IMG/VR virus record: IMGVR_UViG_3300044557_000107
Coordinates: 1-64,000 of that record
Reading direction: 5' to 3' (one strand)
Length of the DNA: 64,000 bases
Source of the DNA: a virus
Taxonomy: Duplodnaviria > Caudoviricetes
Position numbers and translations under genes: made by a program. Below are positions 30,874 through 40,694 of this stretch, piece after piece. The notes beneath the pieces were generated by a model. That model did no database searches. It was not told where the DNA came from and saw only the letters and a program-made list of their open reading frames with translations. Numbering within the stretch: the first letter of the stretch is position 1; the number at the start of each line of letters is the position of its first letter.

Positions 30874-32352
30874 CTACTTTCCAAAGATACGATCAAGCCC
30901 AGACTGAAATGCTCTAGCATAGTGTTCTTGATGATCTACAAATATTGGTTGCATACCCTTGTCAGTATAATTAATATTGATCTGAAACTCACTATGGGCT
31001 TTAACCAGTTCACTTTTATAATTTTTAAAGTTAATTTTAGAGCTCTTTACTAGATCTAACCCAATCGCTTGACCTAAAAGCTTATAATCTTGACAATTCA
31101 TAGACTCAACTCCTTGAAATCAATAACTTAATATTAGCATATTTAAGGTGAATTGTCATTACATAAGAACCATTTTCATAGCTTATATAAGCACTTTTTA
31201 TACTATTTTCAGGAATCTTAAAGGAACCTGCTAAAGACCCAATTACTAATTCGCGGTCTTCACGATTATATCCCAAATCAAAGTTACTCTGAACCGGAAA
31301 TAAAAAACCTTGAAGATTATTGCTAGGCATATTTAAGTTACAGCTTAGCAAAGTTAAACTAGAATATTTAAGCAACGACACAATCTTTGTAGTTACCGAT
31401 GGGCTAATTCTCGTGTTCAAAAACGGGGTTAATGCTGATGGTAGGGAACTGGACGTCTTCAGGAAAAGCAAATTAAAGACAATATCCCCTGGTAAACTAT
31501 CTTTGTAGTCACTCATTTTAACTAAAGGTAAGTGATAAGTCATATTAACTCGATAGTATTCGGAACCATTTAGATAAATATTATCCTTTCTAATATCCCA
31601 ATCCGGACTGTCGTCATCAATAAGGATCTCTAAACGACATGATTGCACGGCTAGACTCTCATCCTTATAATCTGTCCCATCAAGCCCTATATCCAAGATA
31701 TTCATAGAATCTGCAAGGCCCTGAAAAACATTCATAGAATCTTCAGGAACATCAGCAGATATCTCTAAGGAAACTAAGCTCGGATCTAAAAAAGTAACCT
31801 TAACTAGATTCTTATAAGATAAGTTAGTTTGAAAATCGTAGTCTTGACTAGATGATACCCCGACTAGCTGATACCCGTTAATTCTGCTATCTCTAATATA
31901 CTTTATTATTTTAGTTGAATGTTTCATTTAGTAGGGTGTTCCTTTCCAAGTCTGTAGTTCTTATGATAGTCTTTTACCGTTTTCTCGCCATACTTTCTAA
32001 ATTTAGATTGATGCTTTTTTAGAGCTACTCGTTGTACATTAGATTGAAATTGACGTTTTTTAAAGTTAGCTTGTACCCAGAAATTATCCCCGATGATCCG
32101 ATAGTAGACAAATAGTTTTCCCCAGTATCTTTGCGAGTATTTAAAATAATAGGTTACATCCATACCTTGCTTAACATACTTGGTATGATACTCCTCTAAA
32201 TAAACTAAGTCTTCTGGTAGTCCAATATCCCTTCCAATTTTACGAGCAATAAACTTAGGAAAATGATCAACTTCTTCTGAGGTTAGACCGAGATACTCAT
32301 AAGTCTTATCTAAGTAGTAGTAACCCCATGGGTTCTTATATCCAATAAACAT
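30874..32352 (-). other. conserved hypothetical genes (30874-31101, 31106-31927, 31924-32352)
   Basis: Consecutive, overlapping ORFs. Confidence 0.7.
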
Positions 32353-32960
32353 TAAGGCAACACCTTGTATCTAATAATATTATGATCTGGATGAAAATCG
32401 CCCCTGATGTACGCAGAGCAAATTACTAATGAAAGCTTCTTATGGTAGCTAATATATTTCATAAAAGATGCTTTCCTAGTCACCTTTAAGGTCTCCCCTA
32501 GCTTCTTAGCCATTTCCTGTGCTATTTTCTTATATTCGTAGCTCCATAATAAATTATATCCATATTTAACTAAGTTACATTGAGAATTAACATGAGCTTC
32601 CCGAATAACTCCTGGAAACAACTTACTATCTGTTTCCGTGTAGGCTACAATGCCGACCTGTGGGTATTGTTCAACAATCTCTGTAGCCTCATACAACATT
32701 TCGTTATGAACTAAAATGTAGACTTTATAGCATACTTTCAGATAGTCTTTAATCTGATGATCTAGACGTTCCTTGCTATCATGCGCCGTTTTTATTTCAA
32801 TGCCTATAATTCCCTCTGGGGTAAATATTAGACAGTCTGCACGAGTTCTATTAGTAATTTCCTTTTCAAAAACTGCTATAGAAGAACTAGCAGAATCTGT
32901 AAACATATGCCCGCGATGCAGAATTAAATTCTTAACGTCAAGCTCATAAGCTTTGGGCAA
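32352..32960 (-). CDS. PD-(D/E)XK nuclease-fold protein (sce7726/MmcB-like)
   Basis: E...RADCL...GIEIKTAHDS..RL..Q...Y. Confidence 0.75.
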   Translation of the reverse strand: MPKAYELDVKNLILHRGHMFTDSASSSIAVFEKEITNRTRADCLIFTPEGIIGIEIKTAHDSKERLDHQIKDYLKVCYKVYILVHNEMLYEATEIVEQYPQVGIVAYTETDSKLFPGVIREAHVNSQCNLVKYGYNLLWSYEYKKIAQEMAKKLGETLKVTRKASFMKYISYHKKLSLVICSAYIRGDFHPDHNIIRYKVLP

Positions 32961-33474
32961 GATGATCCCTTAATTCTTCCAGCTTCATTGTAGGCTTTCC
33001 CCACCGAATGTTGTCTTCATTAACAAATACTCCAGTAGGTTCCCCTTTAATAAACCGATTGCGGATTACTTTATCAGGAGTATACTCTTTAAATCCTATG
33101 CAAGGCTTACCTGTAAAAGTATCTGTTCCTCGTTCTTGATAAGATATATACAGCGGTGGCTTAACTATTCTTTGACGTTGCCCCGTTTTCTTGTCGTCTT
33201 GATCGATTAAGCCGGCGGCAAGATTAGATAGGATAGTATGCCCAGAAAAGTGGGGAGCTTGTTTCTTAACCTCAATTGTTTTGTAGTCTTTAACCGGTAA
33301 TTTGGATCCTGATGTATTTGGCTTACTAGCATACACTAGGTAAGTCACTAACCCATCTGGGTATTCTACTTTGTCAATTATATACTGAGGCTCTTTATAC
33401 GACTTATCTCCTATGATATAAAGAACCCCTTCAGTGTATATGTTAACATCTATTTTATTAGATCTATCTTCCAT
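32944..33474 (-). CDS. conserved phage hypothetical protein
   Basis: 176-aa ORF. Confidence 0.7.
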   Translation of the reverse strand: MEDRSNKIDVNIYTEGVLYIIGDKSYKEPQYIIDKVEYPDGLVTYLVYASKPNTSGSKLPVKDYKTIEVKKQAPHFSGHTILSNLAAGLIDQDDKKTGQRQRIVKPPLYISYQERGTDTFTGKPCIGFKEYTPDKVIRNRFIKGEPTGVFVNEDNIRWGKPTMKLEELRDHLAQSL

Positions 33475-33486
33475 GATTAACCCAAC

Positions 33487-33849
33487 CTAGTCATTTTTTG
33501 AGTCCCCGTATTCATCTTTATTATTAGCAATTACTTTATTGGCGTGGTGTTTAATATAAGTACTTACAATTACTCGTACCACAAACTCACCTAGAACACT
33601 GAACAGAGAGGAACATAGAATAATTAAGCTTAAATAAAGCACTAATAATAACATGCTTGTGATAGAAATAAACGCAAATATTAAACTAAATACATAAATT
33701 CCGAGCACTCTACCTAATAATCTAGCTATAATAATCACCGGAGTACTAAAAACTAGTTTTTGGTGATACGTGTGACTATGATTTATAGCCGCCAACAACT
33801 GAAATAGATAAGTAAATACTGTGTAAACATATACTGGAATTAAAATCAT
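33487..33849 (-). CDS. membrane protein
   Basis: Three hydrophobic segments. Confidence 0.75.
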   Translation of the reverse strand: MILIPVYVYTVFTYLFQLLAAINHSHTYHQKLVFSTPVIIIARLLGRVLGIYVFSLIFAFISITSMLLLVLYLSLIILCSSLFSVLGEFVVRVIVSTYIKHHANKVIANNKDEYGDSKND

Positions 33850-33864
33850 TTTAGGAACCCTCTT

Positions 33865-35124
33865 TTAGAGAAATACTGGTTGGAAAATAGGACTATCTAC
33901 ACGATCGTTTAGAACCATAATCATTTGGGAAGGTGCTGTATCTGGCATATTAAGTTCTTTTGAATAGTTATTAGCGCCCATTGGTGAACCGACATAAACA
34001 TTAAACCGCGAGTAATCTTCTTGAATAATACGTGTTGTATGAATATGCCCCATAATCAAATAATCAATACTATGATCTTTAATATGACTTGGAATCTTCA
34101 CATCATTAGCCTTTTTCTCTCGGTCCCCGTGTTCCACTAAAATATTCTTAACGCCAACTTGGTCTTCTAAATAATATATATCGTTTCGATTATCCATCAC
34201 AGTTACATTAGGAAGAAGCCCCATAGACTTAACTAGTAGTATTTGAGAAAGGGCGATATACATAGCACTATCATTGTATACTTGATCTTTCTTATTGCCG
34301 TTTAGACGATCATGATTACCACCTACGCACCCAAAAGTTACTTTCCCTAGTCCCCCTAAGCGGTTTAGAAATTCAATTAGTAATCGAATACCCTTAGCAA
34401 TTTGCTCCGCCATAGTAAACTCCGTATCAAAAGCCTGGTTTACATTTCGCATCGCAATATGCTCAATTAAGTCTCCAATATGGTAAACATGAATATCAGT
34501 CACATGCTGACTGATTACAGCATTTTTAACCTCTTCATAAAAAGTGTCTAAACGTTCTTTCAACAGCTTGTAGTCGTATCCTCCTGTTTCTACATTATCA
34601 ACAAGAGCCCCTACATGCCAGTCTGCTAAGCACACAATAATATGCTTTCGGTCGTCTACTTGAGTAACTTTTTCAGAAACATAGGTAGTCTTATTTAAAG
34701 ACTTAAGTTCTTTTAATAAGCTATCTTTAAGACTATCCATCAATAGCTCTAGTGTAGACCCATCTTTGATAGCTCGACGGTACTCACGAAGATAGTCTTG
34801 AGATAATTGATGTTGCTTATTATAGGTAGTTAAAATATCGTAAACTTCTGAATCATTATTTAGCTTGTGTGTCCCTGAATTAGGAAGATCCGCTAAAGAA
34901 ATTTTATCAGTATAAACTTCATCAAATAAATCATTATAATATTTAGTGTTCTGCTTGATCTTATCAAATAAATCATTATACCCTCTACGAGTAATATTTG
35001 TGTTTCCTAACGAACAATATATTTTATTAAAGTCACTTAAAGTTGCTTTACCTTTCTTTAATTGAAGATACGCAATAATTACTACTTTAGTTATTGTACT
35101 ATCAGATAAATTATATTTAGGCAT
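33865..35124 (-). CDS. metallophosphoesterase (Mre11/calcineurin-like)
   Basis: DWH, GD, GNHDR, HGD and GHIH motifs. Confidence 0.88.
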   Translation of the reverse strand: MPKYNLSDSTITKVVIIAYLQLKKGKATLSDFNKIYCSLGNTNITRRGYNDLFDKIKQNTKYYNDLFDEVYTDKISLADLPNSGTHKLNNDSEVYDILTTYNKQHQLSQDYLREYRRAIKDGSTLELLMDSLKDSLLKELKSLNKTTYVSEKVTQVDDRKHIIVCLADWHVGALVDNVETGGYDYKLLKERLDTFYEEVKNAVISQHVTDIHVYHIGDLIEHIAMRNVNQAFDTEFTMAEQIAKGIRLLIEFLNRLGGLGKVTFGCVGGNHDRLNGNKKDQVYNDSAMYIALSQILLVKSMGLLPNVTVMDNRNDIYYLEDQVGVKNILVEHGDREKKANDVKIPSHIKDHSIDYLIMGHIHTTRIIQEDYSRFNVYVGSPMGANNYSKELNMPDTAPSQMIMVLNDRVDSPIFQPVFL

Positions 35125-35208
35125 AGTTAATCCCTTTCAAGTTTGATTAACCTCAGTATAACACACGGCAAATATAAAAAAGCCCAAATTACCCGCTTAG
35201 AAGGTAAT

Positions 35209-35877
35209 TTAGACAAATTTATCCAAAATAGTTGTATATTTTTCGATATCAGAATCGTAAACAGGACAACTATAAATTCCAGTGTAGTCCTCATAATACT
35301 TATCAAGTTTGGTTGCAAAATAAGTATCTGAAGTAACTATAAAGACATTAGATTGACTTCGCATTAAAATTAAAATATTAGGATTACTTCGAAGTAGCTT
35401 TATATAGGGCATTGTAGTATTACCATACATGAGTTCCTTATTAAATTTTGAAATATTCACTCGATGATTATAGTTATACATAAAATGCTTATTATTATTA
35501 TGCATTCCTTGCCTTATAAAATCATAATATTTAGTAAGATCCCCCTTAATATATCCAAGGTTCTCTTGAAGCATATAGCTTGCTTGAATAAGTAAACTAG
35601 CCTCTGAAGCATCTGAAACGTCTTTAACATAGTATCCTTGATCTAAGCAAGCAATAATATTGTTAGTAGTATCTAGGGTAAACTTCTTTAGCATAATATT
35701 CTTATCGGGAGTATCTGAGTGTAAATCAAAGTATCCTAAAGAATCTTCTTGAAGATCATTGTAATCCCCTAATTCAATGTCTGATGAGTTATATGAAAAC
35801 ACCACAGGATATTCATTTTCAAGCGCATAGTTAAGTAAATAATTATACGAGTTAGGTTTTATAACAAACTTTGGCAT
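35209..35877 (-). CDS. hypothetical protein
   Basis: 222-aa ORF. Confidence 0.7.
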   Translation of the reverse strand: MPKFVIKPNSYNYLLNYALENEYPVVFSYNSSDIELGDYNDLQEDSLGYFDLHSDTPDKNIMLKKFTLDTTNNIIACLDQGYYVKDVSDASEASLLIQASYMLQENLGYIKGDLTKYYDFIRQGMHNNNKHFMYNYNHRVNISKFNKELMYGNTTMPYIKLLRSNPNILILMRSQSNVFIVTSDTYFATKLDKYYEDYTGIYSCPVYDSDIEKYTTILDKFV

Positions 35878-35881
35878 ATTT

Positions 35882-36124
35882 TTAGTTCTCCTCTCTATAA
35901 CCGTCTAAATCAAAGCCTCTAAATATATCATTTAGCGTTGGTTTAGATGGCTTCGAAACGCGGAGAAGTAACTCATGATTTTTGACGATAACTTCGAGTT
36001 CTTGACCAAGCGAATCTCCTATACCGATTTGATTCAAAATCGTTTTAGGAATTCGAACTCCTTGAGAATTACCAATTTTAACAACTTTCAGTGTTTGAGA
36101 CATCCTTTCTCCACTTCCTTCCAT
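35882..36124 (-). CDS. AbrB/MazE/SpoVT-family antitoxin-like protein (orphan)
   Basis: LKVVKIGNSQGVRIPKTIL...ELEV...LLL...TLNDIF; own promoter TTGACT-N17-TATTAT (36172-36144). Confidence 0.85.
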   Translation of the reverse strand: MEGSGERMSQTLKVVKIGNSQGVRIPKTILNQIGIGDSLGQELEVIVKNHELLLRVSKPSKPTLNDIFRGFDLDGYREEN

Positions 36125-36218
36125 CTAAACATCTCTATTAATTATAATAGACTATTTTAATTAATAAGTCAAGCAAAAAAAGAACCCCATAAATTGGAGT
36201 TCTTTAGAGTATTTCTTA

Positions 36219-36853
36219 TTATCCTGCTACAGTCGTAGTAGTAGTAGTTGGAGCTACAGTCGTAGTGGTAGTCGTCGGCGCCACAGTCGTTGTGGACGTA
36301 GTAGGCGCTACGGTTGTAGTCGTGGTTGTCGGACTAACTGTGGTAGTCGTCGTTAGGGGTTTACCGTGGTTGTGGTAGTCGTGGTTGGTGCTACTGTAGT
36401 CGTAGTAGTTGTGGTATCCTTATCATTAGTAATACTATCTACTAATTCTGGCGCGTCATTAACGAAGACTTCATAATCACCGTAGTTAAAGGCCCCATCT
36501 ACATACGCTAAGAACCCTTTAACAATTTCAAGTTCCTCTGTTGAAGTACTTGCAATAGTCTTTTTAGCAATCCCAGGTTGATCAATAGGAAACTTTATTT
36601 CGTTATCGACATAGTATAAATGGTCAGATCCATCAGTATACACTACAGGAAGTGCATCGCTAACTAGTCCTCCAGCGGACTCACTAACTTTCATTGGAAA
36701 TACTGAATATCCTACATCTTTTTCAACCTTATAAATGTGATTTCCTGCGTAAATATTGTTCATCCCGTCGCTATCGGAAACAACAAAGAAATATTTATTT
36801 TCAATATCTGGTTTAGCTTGATTTACTAAACTTTTAATTGTAGTTGTTGCCAT
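36219..36853 (-). CDS. virion (tail-associated) protein with poly-Thr tail; 36353-36853 plus a probable -1 frameshift extension to 36219
   Basis: Position after the sigma gene and YTDG motif as in Twort-like virion proteins; A-AAC-CCC-TAA at the stop, and the -1 frame adds 45 aa of T5-6V(A/S)P repeats. Confidence 0.7.
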
Positions 36854-36918
36854 TATTATTCCTACTTTCTTTATTCATTTGCTTTTCAGAATTAATATAG
36901 GTGGCAACTTTTAGGACA

Positions 36919-37536
36919 TCAGAACAAGAAATTGACGTTCAAAAGAGTATTAGCAACATGGTTATAGGAGTTTTTAAATTCTTCTGCGGTATAGGAATCC
37001 TTAGTAGTATTATGGTTTTTAACTAAGCTCTTTATTCTAGTGAAATTAGACGTTTGATAATGAACCATAAAGTAGCCAATATTAAAACATAACTCCGAGG
37101 CATCCTGCTTGAGCAGTACCCCTGCTAGCTTTTCCCATACCGCATCTTTAACGCTGTCATCTTCTATCTCAAAGTAGTCTTTAGGATCTTCTAAATCAGA
37201 GAATACAAGGTCTGATGAATTACCCTCCGCAGTTTCATTTTTAATATCACGAGATCTTCGGGAAAGATGGGTTCCTAAAACTCGTTTTCCAAGTTTGTTG
37301 GCAATGTACCCGGGGAAGTCTATAGGTCCATTAATGTCGTACTCTTTGACTAGACGAACGAATTCAGTGTCAATGTATCCTTGTAAGTCATCATATCCCG
37401 CGTCATCGTAACTTTGACTAGATGTTGTGTATCCTCTAGTGTTATCCTTAAGAAACTTATACTTGTTCTTAGAAGCAATAGATTCTCGCAAAGGCTTGTA
37501 TTGCTGATAAAGAAACGCTATGTCCCGATTAAACAC
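36919..37536 (-). CDS. phage RNA polymerase sigma factor
   Basis: LYQQYKPL...DLQGYIDTEFVRLVKEYDINGPIDFPGYI; syntenic after recA. Confidence 0.85.
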   Translation of the reverse strand: MFNRDIAFLYQQYKPLRESIASKNKYKFLKDNTRGYTTSSQSYDDAGYDDLQGYIDTEFVRLVKEYDINGPIDFPGYIANKLGKRVLGTHLSRRSRDIKNETAEGNSSDLVFSDLEDPKDYFEIEDDSVKDAVWEKLAGVLLKQDASELCFNIGYFMVHYQTSNFTRIKSLVKNHNTTKDSYTAEEFKNSYNHVANTLLNVNFLF

Positions 37537-37813
37537 TAGGCAATTCCTTCTTTACAATTATTTTTGCAGACTTCCCTGAGTTCGTAGCTACTAAGTCTGC
37601 ATATAATAATGTAGCCGGAATATTAATATATCCCAGATCATCACTATACTGGCTAGAATGCCCTTTTGCAAAATATGGTCCTACATAGTCAATAGTAATA
37701 ACTCTAATATCAGGTGAACGAGTGTCCATGTTATTAATCATAAGTTCTGTATGGTTTAACTTGTAACTTATAAACTTTTTAATTAGGTCTTCGTATTTAG
37801 GCATCGTCTTCAC
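37529..37813 (-). CDS. conserved hypothetical protein
   Basis: Between recA and sigma, as in Twort-like phages. Confidence 0.7.
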   Translation of the reverse strand: MKTMPKYEDLIKKFISYKLNHTELMINNMDTRSPDIRVITIDYVGPYFAKGHSSQYSDDLGYINIPATLLYADLVATNSGKSAKIIVKKELPSV

Positions 37814-39023
37814 CTGATTTATCTACATTTTTTAATTGGTCGTAATGCTCTTTAACTCCTTGCATATCTTCCCATTTAGTTACATCAACGGTTTCATTTT
37901 GGAGTGGTTTAAATCCTTCGGGGAAGTAAATATATAGAATTCGTTGAAATAACTCTTTGCGTAACTCTTTACCTTCAGGACTCTTTAGAAAAGTAATGAA
38001 TTTGTTTTCTCCACTAACCCCTTCACTAGTAGCAAAGCTATACTCTTTTCCACTCAAGCTAGTATACTTACGATATTTACCTACGGTAGTAATAAGTCCT
38101 TGATTATGAGCTTCCATATAAATATTGTATTCATAATCTAATCCATCAACTTTAACTGCTTCTTCATCTGGCTTGTCTGGTTCCATACTCATACCAGCCA
38201 TTAAATAAGCTTCTTGCTTACGATGTGGACGACTTTGCTTAGACTTGTCTGTTATCATTCGAAGAACATGACCACCATATTCATTATTGTTGTCTTTAAC
38301 AACTTTCCCTTTGCGAAGTTCTAATCGTAAGCTACAGAAATGCTTAAGAGCTTCTCCACCGGGGTGGGTATACTTTGCATCAAATTTATTTATCATATTT
38401 TGGTTGGCTCGAACTTGATTAATAAAAATTAAGGCAATGTTAGCTTCACCTAAAATAGACTTTGTTTTCTTTACTAATTTAGTTACCGCAGAAGCTCCAC
38501 GTCCCCGCTGGCCTTCCTGATCGTATTCAATCTCTCCCTCAGCCTTAGAAAGAGTTCCCCCTACAGAATCCCAAATAATAACTACAGGGGTCTTCTGGAG
38601 TTCCTCAGTAGCCTTGTAGGCGTTGATGATATTTTCCATTGACTGACCGACACCTTCGATAGTCATATCGTCTTTTTCAGGCTGAGCTACAAAGGTCTTT
38701 GTAGTATCCACACCAAGTTCTTCCATACGATCTCGATCCGCCGTACCTTCTGTATCAATCCAATAAACAGTTACTCCTAAATGATTCAATACTTTAGTCA
38801 ATCCTATCATAAAAGTAGACTTTCCAACCTGTTCAGGAGCAAATATTTCAGTCATTCGGTTAAATGGAATTCCTCCACCTAACAGATAGTCATATTGAGG
38901 AATAAACGTAGGAACCATATCTTTAATGTGATTGAAATCTGCATCATTGACTTGAACAAAACCCAGCTTTTTAGCTAAATCTACAGTATTAACTTTTTCA
39001 TCTGTTTTCTTTGCACGTGGCAT
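37797..39023 (-). CDS. recA: RecA/UvsX-like recombinase
   Basis: LGGGIP, APEQVGKST Walker A, IIWDSV, FINQVR, PGGEALK. Confidence 0.93.
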   Translation of the reverse strand: MPRAKKTDEKVNTVDLAKKLGFVQVNDADFNHIKDMVPTFIPQYDYLLGGGIPFNRMTEIFAPEQVGKSTFMIGLTKVLNHLGVTVYWIDTEGTADRDRMEELGVDTTKTFVAQPEKDDMTIEGVGQSMENIINAYKATEELQKTPVVIIWDSVGGTLSKAEGEIEYDQEGQRGRGASAVTKLVKKTKSILGEANIALIFINQVRANQNMINKFDAKYTHPGGEALKHFCSLRLELRKGKVVKDNNNEYGGHVLRMITDKSKQSRPHRKQEAYLMAGMSMEPDKPDEEAVKVDGLDYEYNIYMEAHNQGLITTVGKYRKYTSLSGKEYSFATSEGVSGENKFITFLKSPEGKELRKELFQRILYIYFPEGFKPLQNETVDVTKWEDMQGVKEHYDQLKNVDKSGEDDA

Positions 39024-39136
39024 GTTATAGCTCCTTAATTATTAAAAAGGTAAGCTAAATATTTAGCTTACCTTTAACTTTATTTAATTTAATTATACCA
39101 CACGACTATATTTGAATGAGGCTAATTACTAGAACG

Positions 39137-39458
39137 ATGAACTACACCATGTTTAAAAACACGGGTTTTTAGGAACGCTGCATGCTTGGGTACCCTAAAG
39201 TACCTAGAGGTTACAGTTATTTACTAAGGGTCGTTCCGACCCAGTTTACTTAAATACCTTTAAGTAACTTATTAAGATACTTGGTTTTCGCATCTAAAGT
39301 TACCTAAGTTCTTTATGGTTCTTAGTATACCACTAGTTGATTCATCACGTAACTAAAGTAACGTGTTTTATCAACTTTTATTTATAAAATACAATGGCGG
39401 TCATCTAAGATGTTGATTCATCTCGGCATTGAAATACCGAGCTTTCTCAATTAGAACG
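39137..39458 (-). mobile_element. non-autonomous chimeric IS200/IS605 derivative B (omegaRNA cassette)
   Basis: A-type left end after TTTAC (39463-39459), internal C-type left end after TTTAT (39388-39384), omegaRNA scaffold, A-type right end with TTCAT. Confidence 0.85.
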
Positions 39459-40629
39459 GTAAATCATCTTCTGAGATATCAATTGTTTGACCATTATTTG
39501 CGAAAGGATCCGCAGAAGTCTCCAAAGATTCTTTATTCGGTGTGTTATTAGCAACTGGATTAGCTGTAGGCGTATTATCCTTTTCACTTACGGTAGTAAA
39601 CCCGAGACTCGCTGGGCTAGGAGCAACACCCGCAGGAGTTGTATTAGGATTACTATTAGGAATTCCAGTGTTATCTTGAGCAGACACACTCCATGGAGTT
39701 TGTGGGTTTTCTGTAGGATTCCCTTGACTATTTACCGCAGGCGATACAGTTTCCTGAGCATATGGATTTTGCTGATTTGCCATAGGTGGCGTATTAACAT
39801 ACCCTTGGAAGGTAGTCGTTGACGTAGTAACTAATCCCAAAGCTTCATCCATTTTATCAACTGCCCAGCTAACAACTTTAGGCTTGTATTGATAAGATGG
39901 TGTTGCTTGATAATCTAAATCTTCTAATGACTTTTCCCATCCAGCGTCTAATGGTGCCAGCATGTTAGAAGACTGCAAAGAAATGTTAGACTCAAAAATA
40001 TTATTTTTTCCCAGACTACCTGACATATGAACCGGGTATGCAATTAAAGGACTCATGAAACTCCAATCATCAGATCCTTGTACCCCGTATTGTTGAGACA
40101 TCTGTGAATAAAATTGATTACTTGTTGGATTATTTGCCGGGTTCTTTGCTAATGCTTCTAGTTGAGTGAACTGCGTCCAGCTCATACTAAGAACATATAC
40201 TTTATAATTCCCTTGTTCATCCCGAACTTCTTGGTACTGATTATCCTTAAATACTAAAGGAATTACGTTTAAAAGGAACTTAGTAGTGTATCCTCTACCT
40301 GAATTACCATCACGATTATATGGAGTCAAAATGCGTTTTCCCCATCGTGGAATAGCTTGATTTAAAGGATCTTGAGGATCATTCTGAGAAGATGACTGAA
40401 ATACCATACTGCTACGTCCTTTACTAGTATCTAATACCATAGATACTGTTCGGAAATCTTTATAAAAGGTGTTTCCAGTAGGAAGAATACGTACATAGAA
40501 ATCCGGAGTTTTGCGTCCTAGCTTTACTAACCCATTTTTAAGTTTTGTATAAGGCTCTACAATATCATCATTACCTTGTTGTTCGCCATAGGCTTGTGTG
40601 AAACCACTTAATGCTTCTGATAATCCCAT
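39451..40629 (-). CDS. ssb: single-stranded DNA-binding protein
   Basis: VRILP motif, position between polymerase and recA, Pro/Asn-rich linker and acidic DDLPF tail. Confidence 0.8.
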   Translation of the reverse strand: MGLSEALSGFTQAYGEQQGNDDIVEPYTKLKNGLVKLGRKTPDFYVRILPTGNTFYKDFRTVSMVLDTSKGRSSMVFQSSSQNDPQDPLNQAIPRWGKRILTPYNRDGNSGRGYTTKFLLNVIPLVFKDNQYQEVRDEQGNYKVYVLSMSWTQFTQLEALAKNPANNPTSNQFYSQMSQQYGVQGSDDWSFMSPLIAYPVHMSGSLGKNNIFESNISLQSSNMLAPLDAGWEKSLEDLDYQATPSYQYKPKVVSWAVDKMDEALGLVTTSTTTFQGYVNTPPMANQQNPYAQETVSPAVNSQGNPTENPQTPWSVSAQDNTGIPNSNPNTTPAGVAPSPASLGFTTVSEKDNTPTANPVANNTPNKESLETSADPFANNGQTIDISEDDLPF

Positions 40630-40694
40630 ATGATTACCCCTTTTCTTTCAATTTACAGTGTTAATTGTAGCACACGATTGATAAAATGGCAACC

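Noticed and set aside
36219-36420. Poly-Thr tracts as simple microsatellite slippage
   Set aside because: All four Thr codons are intermixed, and the tracts recur in unrelated genes with a shared VAP punctuation.
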